From: Octopus sinensis
Taxonomy: Eukaryota
Length of the DNA: 29,375 nt
NCBI RefSeq assembly: GCF_006345805.1
Contig: NW_021832953.1
Coordinates: forward strand, 1-29,375
Direction of reading: 5' to 3'
The first letter of the stretch is position 1. Each line of letters opens with the position of its first letter. This document shows, piece by piece, positions 1-10,255 of this stretch. The notes beneath the pieces were generated by a model. That model did not search any database, was not told the origin of the DNA, and was given only the letters and a program-made list of their open reading frames with translations. The position numbers and the translations under genes are program-made.

Positions 1-260
1 CGACGACGACCACGACGGACGACGAGGCGGAGGAAACGACGACGACGACCACGACCACGACGGCGACGACGACGACGGCGGAGACGACGCGACGACGGCG
101 GAGACGACGACGACGACGGCGGAGACGACGACGGACGACGACGGCGGAAACGACGACGACGACGACGACGACCACGACACGACGGCGACGACCACCACGA
201 CGACGGCGAGACGACGACGACGGACGACGGCGGAGACGCGGCGGGGTGGCGGCGGTGGTC
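1..260. repeat. Degenerate GC-rich trinucleotide repeat (GAC/GGC/CAC units)
   Basis: Imperfect (CGA)n/(GAC)n with GGC, CCA and GAAA interruptions. Composition changes abruptly to AT-rich DNA after ~265. May be low-quality sequence. Confidence 0.85.
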
Positions 261-525
261 GTCTGCTTTTAATGGAGAATCATGATTATGAAAGTCTCTG
301 CTTTCGGACCAGACATTCCTATACATACATGCATGCGTATATATATATATATACATATTATACATGCATATATACACACACACAAACATACATACTTATA
401 GCCTTATTTCTATACATACATTCCTAAATATGTGTGGTATATATATATAAACACATGTATATATACTGTATATAAATATACACACACACACAAAGAGAGA
501 GTGTTGATGAATGTTACAACAATAA

Positions 526-582
526 GTGTTAGTGTGTAGAATGCAATGTATGCGATGCAGGTTCGATTCCCGGGCGAAGCCA
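526..582 (+). pseudogene. Degenerate tRNA-derived remnant (tRNA-Gly-like pseudogene or SINE head) with a (CAA)n/(GAA)n tail
   Basis: Intact B-box/T-arm GGTTCGATTCCCGGGCG at 560-576. A-box-like GTTAGTGTGTAGAATGC upstream. Anticodon arm not reconstructable. Followed by simple repeats. Confidence 0.35.
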
Positions 583-644
583 TTTACAACAACAACAACA
601 ACAATAAGAAGAAGAAGATTGAAGTTTAATATTTCTGGAAATAT

Positions 645-2342
645 TTATTTGTCAAAATAAAAGAAAGCAAAAGATTGACGTCCAGGAATAATTCCAAAAA
701 CCATCAAAGAATTGTCTGAAACATCCAAACCAAGAACTTCAGAGACTTCATTATCATCCCCTCTGAGGAGTAAATATTTTGGATTATATTTTAATCCCCG
801 GATTTCATCATCTTCAGATGTTTCCTCTTCAATATGTCCAGGTATTTCGTAAATATTGTTTCTTGTATCTGTTATATAAACATATTCACCAATTATGGTC
901 AGACGAGGTCTTGCAATATAATATTCCGGACCATAAAACCTTCCTTTTTCTATTCTTATCCTCCTCACCAAAGACTTTTCCCTGAACCATTCCACAAAAC
1001 ACAAAACTTCCCACCATCCAGACCACTCCTTCTTCTTCATCTCCCTCCTCAAAACAACAACATCACCAAAAGATGTGACTCCCACACCATCCAACACCCC
1101 TTCTTCTCCCTCCATCCTTCCCCATCTCCTCATCTCCCCACGACACACTTCATCTTTACATTTCCCATCTTTGATATCAACCACATCCACATAATAAGGG
1201 TCAAAGATGTCAAGGTCTTTGCAAAAAAGTATAATCCTTGTTGTTCTTCCATATTCTTTGGTATTTCTTGTGTCTCTCTTCTTGAGTTATGTCTCTAATA
1301 TAATGACCACCACACACGAGTTGATTGTCGTGTATTTATAAATCCTGTTGTAGTATTTCTCAGTTCTGATGGTTTTTAAACGACGGAGATCCCTGTTGAA
1401 GACCCTCATTTCTCTCCAAAGGCGACAATGAAACATTCCTCTGTCCACCGACATATGTCCAGTGGTGGTCGTTGTTGTTGTTCATGTTGAAGTATGTCCA
1501 CTGTTGTTGTTGTTGTTCTGATTAATGTGACACTTTCTCGAAACATCAACACACTCACATTCTCATCTAACTTTATTAGTTTACTGTTCCGGTCCCTAAT
1601 GTCCATCAAATCATAATCAACAGGTTCCTCGAATGCAGGAATGGAAAAAGGGACCATTGCTGTCCTATATGGAAGTCTCCTCACTGATATTCATCAATTC
1701 CTGAATTATTAATCTCCGCTATGTAATTACCACATCTCACCTTTAATCTACCTTTACCAATTATTTCACCTGATTTACCTCTTCTTCTTCCTCCTCCATC
1801 TCCATCTCCTCCTCTGTATTCCAATTTATTAATTAATTCATTACTGAATATTTCCTTGTTCGTTTCAGATGTAATGGAAGGGAAACGAAGACCAGAATCA
1901 AGATTTAATGACGACACAGATTCCAGAATGTTCACTTGGTCCCCATCAATCTTTATGCAATGACATTCAATCAATTCACTATGTACACACCAGTAAATAC
2001 CTGCCACTTTTCTCCCTATTACACATAAGGGCCATGGGAGAACTCGACAAACTTGAGATGTCTTCAAATCTTCTCCATTCAGTTGAAATATTTCTCTCCT
2101 TTTAGGAACTGTGACCATTATGTGTGATTCTTGTGTAAAACACACACCACCAACTAAACTTGCAACATTTCTGTGACATAGCAACTGGCCATCTTCATCG
2201 ATATTTTTAATATTTCCATATTGGCTTTTTCACACACAACTGTCTTTCCTTCCTCAGAGACATCAAAATCTTTTACTTGGACAGGACATTCGTCTGTTTG
2301 TAAACGAGCAACCGGGAAGCTGTCTCGATTCACCATAAACAA
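645..2342 (-). CDS. Fragmented C-terminal segment (propellers 5-6) of the same protein
   Basis: Motifs VKDFDVSEEGKTVVCE, GVCFTQESHIMVTVPKRREIFQL, DICRWTEECFIVAF, LDGVGVTSFGDVVVL and RLTIIGEYVYITDTRNNIY. Roughly 6 frame changes. Confidence 0.75.
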
Positions 2343-5300
2343 CCCTTCACATACATATCAATTCATCTCTCTCCATTGGGGCTTCCAACAAACCTTGGTC
2401 CTTTACAGTCTATACTGGAGAATTCTACTTCATCTTTATAAATTCTTTTATTTAAAAATATTCTCTTGTATTCCCCATTCTGGGTCAAACACAAAATGTT
2501 TCGATATTCAGATGGACCTAAATATTTCTCCCACTCACCATAAATGTACAAAAAACTGTCATCAATTGTCATCCTGTCATCACTACCAAAATAATCCTCC
2601 ATGTAGTGTCTGACTGAATGTAAATATTGACCACCACTGTTGAAGAAAATGATGAATCTCAAGTTTAAGACAATGATGACATCTTCATCAGTAACTTTAA
2701 TATCCCGGATTATATCAGAACAATTTCCATCTTCGTCTCTTCTTATTAATGGTTCAGGTATGTCTATTTTATTTATTTCCTTCACACTCGAATGTATTTC
2801 ATCAATATCAACAAAATGCAAATGTCTTCCATCTCTCTTTTCACTCAAAACCAGTTGATTATTTGATAAAGAAGCCACACAATAATATTTATTTCTCGTT
2901 TGGTAAATTACCATCGACAATGGAAATTCCACTTTTAATGTCCACAGTTGGGGTTTATTAGAAAGATCCCAGTTCGTAATGACCAGTGTGTTTGACTGCC
3001 ATCGACACATTTTAATATTATAATAAACATTCACTTTGATTGAATCCAAAAGCTGACCATCCAATGTGAATATCTTAATGTTTCCATTCTCCTCGTCCCA
3101 TCCTGCAATCAGATTATTTTCAGTAAGAACCAAACGATTAATCTCCGCTGGTCCTTTGTCTCCCAAATGTTTAGGGAGAGGAATATGCCTGGCTTTATCA
3201 GAAACTGTCAGGTCCTGTAGATATAAAGTGGAAGACAACATTTCACTGAGAGAAATGTGTCTGGAAAATACATCCACCAGGTCGATATAATAATTAAGTT
3301 GATTATTAGTAACGAGATCATTAACCAACAAATTCTGATCGTTTATGGCAAACATACGGCTTCTGTCTATCAGAAAAACAGACGTTTGGTCAATAGATCC
3401 ACCTTGGAGACTGAGGGGACGTTTCACTTGGGACATTAAAACACTGGGGACCATCTGACAAACGCCATGACCACCACACCTATTCTAGTGTGTACTGAAA
3501 AGCTTTTCCCCTAGTAACAATTAATAGCTTTTCTGTTTCCTTGTCTACTGATAATGATTTCACAAACACAGGGATATTAATTGTCTTAATTACTTCAACT
3601 TGATTATAATATTGATGGCTAAAATGTCTAAATGTGATGGTTTATCACAATAACAAACAATTTCACATTCACCCATCTTACACACCTGTACATAAGGCTG
3701 CCTTAATTTTACACTTCTCACTGTCTTTGATAGGTTTCGATGACCCTTAATTGTTTCTGTAGGGGTAATGTGACCCCTATATGATTAGAATCCCATCGAC
3801 ATATATCTGTGGCTGTAGACGGCAGAGATAATCTGGACACAATGTCTCCTTCCTCAGAAATGTACAACAAGCAATCATGGTTGATGTCAGACACCACCAA
3901 CTGTCCATTGGACAGATTACATATTTCGCCAATGACAAGTTTTTGGTCATTCTCCTTTTCTTTGAGTCGTAGATTTAGATTTCTGATGTAAGGATTTTTA
4001 ATGGGTAAAAGGCAGCCAGACGACCGGTCTTGATACTTGTAAAGAAGAACCCTGTTGAGTTGAGTGTCCGGGACATAAAGAGTTCCTTGGAAAACAGCAA
4101 TGTGAGGGTGAACAGGGAAAGGCAGTTCCCACTGCCATTTCATTTGTCCATATAGATCGTAACATCTGAGAATAGAGTTTCTCCTGAAGAGGACATAGAA
4201 ATAAACATTATCAGAGTAGATGTGATGAGGGTAGCCATAGAATGGAAGGTATTTTTGAAAAAGTTCTTCACCACATGTGGAATACAATACCATTTTATTT
4301 TCGTTTCCATCTACGACTACAAAATTAATTGGAGTTGCAGCAATGCTGACATTATGATGTCCCAGAGAAATTCTTTCTGCGATGTCAACTTTATCTTCGT
4401 TGATCAATAAGATATGGACCTCGCTTTTGTTTTCAGTGGTGGTCACAGCCAGACACTTATTTGATACAATATGACATATTTTCATGTAACCAGTTTGCAC
4501 CTTTATTAAAGGGCCTTTTCTTAGTTCAGGACAGGTGATATACTGAAATCCTTTCATTTCACAATAAAATACCAGGAATCTGTTTGCGTTTATTCTACAA
4601 CAGAAAGAAGGAAGCTCAAGGAAAACTGAATTATTTTGGTTAATTATTTCCCCGTTATCAGTGAATAATTTAGCTTTCTTGTTTTTGTAAATTATTAATA
4701 TAGAAGATGTAGACATAGGTAGAATATTTGTAATGTTGTAGCAATCCTCAATATAAATATAGCTGTTCAATGTTGGGGTCCATAGCTGGAGGTTATGTGA
4801 CTGCCTGGGCCAAAAGTCTTCATTTGTTCCAATGATATGAAGGACATCAAAATAATCGGTTACAAAAATGTTTTCTCTGCCAACAGAAATATGGCGGCAT
4901 TTCATGCCAATTCCTCTTGTTGTCACAGCACCTGTACCTGATATCCGATAAATAATATGTCCCTGAAGGACATAAAAATGGTTTTGGTACACAGAGATGT
5001 GGCTTGGAATGTCCAGGGAATTGGTATCCACCTCAAATAATTGCTGGCCATCCACATTGTAACAGGTAACCCTGTTAATATTGGAAAAGGATACTAAGAG
5101 TTTATTTTGTGCTCCTACAGCAATATCTGAAGGGGTTTCTTTCGTTATGAATTCGTATTTTATTCTATTCTCTTCCCAGTCAATGACGTATATGGTCTGA
5201 CCAAACATTTCTACACCTATAAGCGTAGAATGTTCCAAATAAGAAACCAAGATTAATCCTAGCTGAATTCTTTTGATTCCCAAACTTAAAGGGTTGATAA

Positions 5301-6157
5301 TAAGAATCATCTTTCGAAATGGGAGGGTGGCCAGGACTGTGTCTTCACTGATTCTGGTAAAATCAGTGACAGAAGATGAGCAACGAACATCGTTTCTGTT
5401 GCCGTCTCTTGTTACACAACATATTGTCATAAAGTGGCGGGAATATGTTACAATTCCCCCTTGTATGACAACAATATTGGATATTGGGTTGCTTAAGTCT
5501 TCACCAGATTCCTCAATCTCTACTTCTCTGGTCACAACTGGCCGAAGAGGACGAAATTTTGTGGTTACTTTTGGTGGTTCAATGGTCTTGTGGTTGTATG
5601 GGTTACAGGTGACATAAATGTCAAAGAGTCTTTGTTGAAACCAATCAAGGTTTAGGTGAACAAAATCATTATTTTGTTTTGCAAATTCCAGAAATCTTGG
5701 CATTTTACGTTTGATATTACGTAAAATTCGAGATCCATTTAAACCCAGAGAGTCCATGTGATTACATTTATCCTTTACATAATCTATAAACGTATTGATG
5801 TGGTCTGTTTTGATTAGTGTTCGGTAACATGTCACAATATGAAGAAAACTTGGTAACATGGACTTTTCCTGTTCTTTAGATTTCTTTGTGTCTTTTCTTT
5901 CCTGTTCTTCTGTTTTCTTTGTGTTTTGTGTGTGTAATATTTGGGTAAGATTTGGTGTAGTTTCCTTATAAATTGCTGTTGTATCACAGACTGTGGCAGG
6001 AATGAGAGCCAACATTTTGTTTTCTTCATTAATCTTCTCCATTTTATGAATATAGAATTATTATCTTTTTCTGTTAAATATATTCTTTTCTGTGGATTTT
6101 GTTCTTCCTTTCGAATACATTTTATCTCTTCAAAATTCACTAATTTTTACGTGAAAG
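645..6157 (-). CDS. Giant terminal exon (~1,840 codons, frameshifted in this sequence) encoding a linker plus six tandem divergent NHL/TRIM-like beta-propellers
   Basis: Co-oriented ORFs 6140-5832, 6042-3718, 3454-2363, 2342-2154, 2184-1681, 1684-1406 and 1190-645 join through short open bridging frames, e.g. VIE+NLSKTVRSVKLRQPYVQVCKM, YNQVEVIKTINIPVFVK, VCEK+SQYGNIKNIDEDGQLL and AFG+REMRVFNRDL. The blade motif recurs six times. Splice acceptor ctttcattttatttcAG at 6159-6158. Stop TAA at 647-645 overlaps AATAAA. Intact gene versus pseudogene is not resolved. Confidence 0.8.
2363..3454 (-). CDS. 363-aa segment of the same protein (end of propeller 3 and propeller 4)
   Basis: Motifs INRLVLTENNLIAGWDEENGNIKIFTLDGQ, KMCRWQSNTLVIT, IRDIKVTDEDVIIVL and RMTIDDSFLYIY. 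Confidence 0.85.
   Translation of the reverse strand: MVPSVLMSQVKRPLSLQGGSIDQTSVFLIDRSRMFAINDQNLLVNDLVTNNQLNYYIDLVDVFSRHISLSEMLSSTLYLQDLTVSDKARHIPLPKHLGDKGPAEINRLVLTENNLIAGWDEENGNIKIFTLDGQLLDSIKVNVYYNIKMCRWQSNTLVITNWDLSNKPQLWTLKVEFPLSMVIYQTRNKYYCVASLSNNQLVLSEKRDGRHLHFVDIDEIHSSVKEINKIDIPEPLIRRDEDGNCSDIIRDIKVTDEDVIIVLNLRFIIFFNSGGQYLHSVRHYMEDYFGSDDRMTIDDSFLYIYGEWEKYLGPSEYRNILCLTQNGEYKRIFLNKRIYKDEVEFSSIDCKGPRFVGSPNGER
3718..6042 (-). CDS. 774-aa uninterrupted segment of the multi-propeller protein (linker, propellers 1-2, start of 3)
   Basis: 2.3-kb stop-free frame. Motifs DFTRISEDTVLATLPFRKMILII, PSDIAVGAQNKLLVSFSNINRVTCYNVDGQ, PHIAVFQGTLYVPDTQLNRVLLY and DICRWDSNHIGVTLPLQKQLRVI are typical of NHL/TolB-like blades. 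Confidence 0.9.
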   Translation of the reverse strand: MEKINEENKMLALIPATVCDTTAIYKETTPNLTQILHTQNTKKTEEQERKDTKKSKEQEKSMLPSFLHIVTCYRTLIKTDHINTFIDYVKDKCNHMDSLGLNGSRILRNIKRKMPRFLEFAKQNNDFVHLNLDWFQQRLFDIYVTCNPYNHKTIEPPKVTTKFRPLRPVVTREVEIEESGEDLSNPISNIVVIQGGIVTYSRHFMTICCVTRDGNRNDVRCSSSVTDFTRISEDTVLATLPFRKMILIINPLSLGIKRIQLGLILVSYLEHSTLIGVEMFGQTIYVIDWEENRIKYEFITKETPSDIAVGAQNKLLVSFSNINRVTCYNVDGQQLFEVDTNSLDIPSHISVYQNHFYVLQGHIIYRISGTGAVTTRGIGMKCRHISVGRENIFVTDYFDVLHIIGTNEDFWPRQSHNLQLWTPTLNSYIYIEDCYNITNILPMSTSSILIIYKNKKAKLFTDNGEIINQNNSVFLELPSFCCRINANRFLVFYCEMKGFQYITCPELRKGPLIKVQTGYMKICHIVSNKCLAVTTTENKSEVHILLINEDKVDIAERISLGHHNVSIAATPINFVVVDGNENKMVLYSTCGEELFQKYLPFYGYPHHIYSDNVYFYVLFRRNSILRCYDLYGQMKWQWELPFPVHPHIAVFQGTLYVPDTQLNRVLLYKYQDRSSGCLLPIKNPYIRNLNLRLKEKENDQKLVIGEICNLSNGQLVVSDINHDCLLYISEEGDIVSRLSLPSTATDICRWDSNHIGVTLPLQKQLRVIETYQRQ

Positions 6158-6447
6158 CTGAAATAAAATGAAAGCTTTATTAGTTTTGTGAAAAGCTTTT
6201 GATAAAATAATATTTACTTGATTCATTCAAAGAATTTCAAGGAAAACACACATTTCATTAAATATATTAAACAATTGTTTATTTGACAGTGAAGTTAAAC
6301 ATTTAAACTGTTTACAATGGAATAATCATTAGAAATAAAACTTGAAGATATAAATACACCATTATCTTTATTGACTGAATATAAGTGATGGTGAAAAGTT
6401 TTGTAGAATAAATATTTTGTTGAGGTTATTTCTACAGATATTATCGG

Positions 6448-6636
6448 TAGAAATTATAGCCAGGACTGATTTCCTGCTACAACATTTCATATCGAAATGT
6501 CAGACGGAAACAAACAATGAGATCAAAGAGAAAAACATCTGTTTTTTGTTCTCATTGTGTATCTCATTGTTTGTTTACATCTGACATCTCGATAGGAAAG
6601 GTTTTAGCAAAAAATCAGAGCCAACTATAATTTCTA
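6448..6636. mobile_element. Palindromic MITE-like element with ~75-bp imperfect terminal inverted repeats, intronic
   Basis: Left arm tagaaattatagccaggactgatttcctgctacaacatttcatatcgaaatgtcagacggaaacaaacaatgagat matches the reverse complement of the right arm (atctcattgtttgtttacatctgacat...ctataatttcta) at about 80% by eye. TA at both ends. Confidence 0.75.
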
Positions 6637-6846
6637 TGGAATATCAATAGAATAATGTGAAAAACACTGCTAACAAAGTAGAATGTGGTGTTGACTTCTA
6701 AAACGATTTAATATATTTTACAGGAATTTATGGTTGCATAATGAAATACCACGTCCCTACAAATCAGGAATATAAGTATTATTAATAATTATATGCACTG
6801 GAAATGATGTGACAGTCATGGTTGGCTTGGTTTCCATCATATTTAC

Positions 6847-7044
6847 CTGGATTCACAGATACGAATAAAGCTGGAGATGAAACTGTTCTTAACCTGACAA
6901 ATGCTGTAAATCTCTCGACATTTCAATATAATCCACACAATTATCATACACAACATTGATTAACTCGGAAAGCTTATCCAAAGATAGGCTTTCATATAAT
7001 CACACTGATAGACAGCATGTTGAGAGGATCGTTATTATTTGTTG
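6847..7044 (-). CDS. Candidate internal exon of the propeller gene (jelly-roll-like: ...ELINVVYDNCVDYIEMSRD(F)TAFVRLRTVSSPALFVSVNP)
   Basis: Acceptor aatcAG (7046-7045) and donor CCAG|GTaaat (6846-6845). 198 nt, phase 1 to phase 1. Needs three 1-nt insertions (net zero frame change) to be open. Confidence 0.5.
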
Positions 7045-7519
7045 CTGATTGAGATCATAAAGATTGGTTAATGAATAAGCCCAATTAATGAAAGGTAGGT
7101 TCATCTTAATTATCTTTAATATAAGGGACAATGTTTGGGTAGCAATGAGAAAGATGTGTTTGTATGAAAAAGGGGTTTGGCAGGTGAGTGTGTTTTGTTT
7201 GTGTTAGGTGAGGAGTTATAACTTGGTGTAGTTATTATGAAGTATTGGGGGTTTAATGAGGTGGATTAGGAAATATTGGTGGGGTGTTTAATGACATTCT
7301 GGTGACCCATCATCATCAGAATGATCCTCCACCGCCTCCTTGGTCTATGAAATAATGACTGTTACTCTATTGACCCCAGGAAGAATGAAAAATAAAAGAG
7401 ACCTTCTTCAGGATATACATACATATATATGTATATATGATAGAATGAATGTGTATAATATATACACAAGGATGCACATATGTATATTTATACATCCATA
7501 CGTCTGTATGTATGTATGA

Positions 7520-7685
7520 TGATCATCATTTTACCCCCACTTTCCATGCTGGAATGGGTTGGATGGTTCAAAGAATATCTTGCCTGAAGTTACATTTTCT
7601 GGTTTCTTTCTACAGCTTGGATGCTCTTCCTGACACCAACCACTGCACAATGTGCACTGGATGCATCTTTTGGCACCATCACTAG
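7520..7685 (-). mobile_element. Old degenerate RTE 3'-end fragment
   Basis: catcatcatttt...ttccatgctggaatgggttggatgg...ctacagcttggatgctcttcctgacaccaaccact resembles the reverse complement of the RTE terminus at 28370-28533. Confidence 0.55.
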
Positions 7686-8119
7686 AGGCGATCGCCATGT
7701 CTTTGACAAAAGTAAATCTCTGGGTGTGACATATGCCTTGGGATGTGTGAGAGATCTAAGGTAATAAATATATGAAATGGAGTGGTTGAGTGTTGGGGAG
7801 AGACTCAGGTAGGTCCAGTGACCTCCCTAGTTTCATTGGAAGAATGGTGAAGAGAAGAGATTTACTGCCAATCTTTGTCACAGCAGTAAGATAGTAGAGT
7901 AAAAAGAAGAAGAGAGAGAGTGATTGAGAGATGAAGATAGAGGTAAGGGTGATAGGGGCGTGACAGTAGGGACTCAAGGTCCAAGAGTTGTCACTCATCA
8001 AACTGGTGTTTGGAGGTCTGGGAATATACCTCCAAAGAACCAGTTTGATAAATGCTAATAAACGAAACTTTCGGATCTTGGGTCACTTTTGTTACTTCTG
8101 CTAAATATTTATATATATA

Positions 8120-8487
8120 AATCAAAATCAAAATCCAAGTCAATCAACATCAATGGAAATTGTAGTTGTGATACCAGTGCCGGTGGTATGTAAAAGAACC
8201 ATCTGAACGTGACCGTAGCCAGCGCCGCCCGACTGGCCTTCGTGCTGGTAGCACATAAAAAGCACCATCCGATCATGGCCATTGCCAGCATCGCCTGGCC
8301 CCCGTGCCGGTGGCACATAAAAAGCACCCACTACACTCACGGAGTGGTTGGTGTTACGAAGGACATCCAGCTGTAGAAACTTTGCCAGATCAGACTGGGC
8401 CTGGTGCAGCCTTCTGGTTTCCCACACCCCAGTTGAACCGTCCAACCCATGCTAGCATTGAAAGCGGATGGTAAATAATGATGATGA

Positions 8488-8488
<1 letters not shown>
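8120..8488 (+). mobile_element. 5'-truncated RTE LINE 3'-UTR copy with (GAT)n tail
   Basis: (CAAAAT)n, then GGTGGCACATAAAAAGCACC subrepeats, then ccaacccatgctagc...gatgatgat. Collinear with the reverse complement of 28652-29100. Confidence 0.85.
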
Positions 8489-8531
<43 letters not shown>

Positions 8532-9171
8532 TACATATATATACCTTCACATACCCATGTACAAATATTTGTGTCTATGTATGTTTATAGATATGAATCA
8601 ATGAACGACAAAAGAACAAGAGTTACGTAGACACCTTCATTAGCTTCCAGCTGTTTCTGCTACAGGAAGCAGTGAACTCGAGCTGAGTGTGTGTGCGCGT
8701 AGGTGTCTGTGCATTTGTTTATGTTTGCAATCTCTTTTAAGTTGCTCCAAACAGAAACATCTGTCAACCAATCACACCCACCTTGGAAGACATGGGAAAT
8801 AAGAACTTTTGTTCTTGCAAAATGGTTTTGGGTGAGCAATAGGAAGGCTGTCTGTAAAACAATGCTTCAATAATATATTCACCTAACCCATGCTAGCATA
8901 CAAAATCAGATGTAATATCAAACATAAGTAAACCCATGTTTATACATTCATATACTTTTATGCATACATAAACACATACACACGTGTGTGTGTGTGCATC
9001 TGGTGTTAAGAAGATCATCCAGCTGTAGAAATCTTGCCAAATCTTTCATTGGAGCTCAGCAATGTCCTCTGGTTCACTGCTTCCTCGTCAACTGTCCTAC
9101 CCATGCCAGTTAGGGAAAATGGATGTCAAAACCTTTATAATATATCAGATGATGTATTTTCTCTCTCATAA

Positions 9172-9204
9172 TTTTGTTATTTATAATATATATATTATAT
9201 ATAT

Positions 9205-9286
<82 letters not shown>
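9172..9286. repeat. (TA)n microsatellite
   Basis: Direct inspection. Confidence 0.95.
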
Positions 9287-9287
<1 letters not shown>

Positions 9288-9331
9288 GTCCAACCCATAC
9301 TAGCATGGAAAACGGACGCTAAACGATGATG

Positions 9332-9362
<31 letters not shown>

Positions 9363-9700
9363 GTTAGTATCATCATCATCATCGTTTAACGTCTGCCTTC
9401 CATGCTAGCATGGGTTGGACGATTTTGACTGAGGGCTGGCAAACCAGATGGCTGCTTCAGGCTCCAATGTTTATCTGGCAGAGTTTCTACAGCTGGATGC
9501 CCTTCCTAACGCCAACCACTCCGAGACTGTAGTGGGTGCATTTTACATGCCAGTCAGGCAGTACTGGCAACGACCTCGCTCGAATGGTGTCTTTTACGTT
9601 CCACTGACACGGAAGCCAGTTAACCACTCTGGCAACGATCACGCTTGGATGGTGCTCTTAGCACCCTACTAGCCCAGGCACAAGTGCCAGTAAGGCGACG
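9287..9700. mobile_element. Two RTE 3' ends tail-to-tail: short + tail (9287-9337) and longer - copy (~9369-9700)
   Basis: cgtccaacccatactagcatggaaaacggacgctaaacgatgatgat, then catcatcatcgtttaacgtctgccttccatgctagcatgggttggacg. Confidence 0.8.
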
Positions 9701-9714
9701 TGTATATATATATA

Positions 9715-10060
9715 TTCTTTTATTCTTGTACTTGCTTCAGTCATTTGAGTGTGGCCATGCTGGAGCACTGCCTTTAGTCAAACAAATCAACCTCAGGACT
9801 TATTCTTTCTAAGACCAATACTTATTCTATTGGTCTCTTTAGCCAAATTGCTAAGTTACAGGGATGTAAACATACCAATATTGGTTGTCAAGCTCTGTTG
9901 GGGGAGAAGCAGAGACACATAAATATATCTGATGGGCTTCTTTCAGTTTCCGTCTAACAGATCCACTCACAAGGTTTTGATTTGCCCAATGTGCCATGCA
10001 ATGGGACTGAACCCAGAGCCATGTGGTTGGCAAGCATGCTTCTTACCACACAACCACTCT
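9715..10060 (-). mobile_element. tRNA-derived SINE (family 1), near full length
   Basis: On the minus strand: head AGTGGTTGTGTGGTAAGAAGC...GGGTTCAGTCCC (A/B boxes), a microsatellite spacer, and tail gtgctccagcatggcc...actgaagcaagtacaagaataaaag. Homologous to 14160-14490. Confidence 0.85.
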
Positions 10061-10191
10061 TGTGCCCTTGCCCCCACTGCTTCTAATTCTTGTCACCTCC
10101 CACCCCACATTACCATTCCCCCTATACGTTGTCTCTCATAATATATATATATATGTTATGTATGTATATATATGTATATATATATATATAA

Positions 10192-10247
<56 letters not shown>

Positions 10248-10255
10248 CATACATA

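Noticed and set aside
1-260. Poly-Asp/Thr/Arg coding region or GC-rich foreign insert
   Set aside because: It is an irregular trinucleotide repeat with no start, splice or codon support, and is likely low-quality microsatellite sequence.
645-6157. Programmed ribosomal frameshifting or A-to-I rescue of the broken gene
   Set aside because: There are about 12 heterogeneous sites with no shared slippery heptamer or pseudoknot, and editing cannot repair indels. Sequencing error or decay is simpler.
779-6171. Plus-strand ORFs overlapping the propeller gene (e.g. 834-1298, 2221-2613, 5273-5617)
   Set aside because: They are antisense shadows of the minus-strand coding region, with no recognisable motifs.
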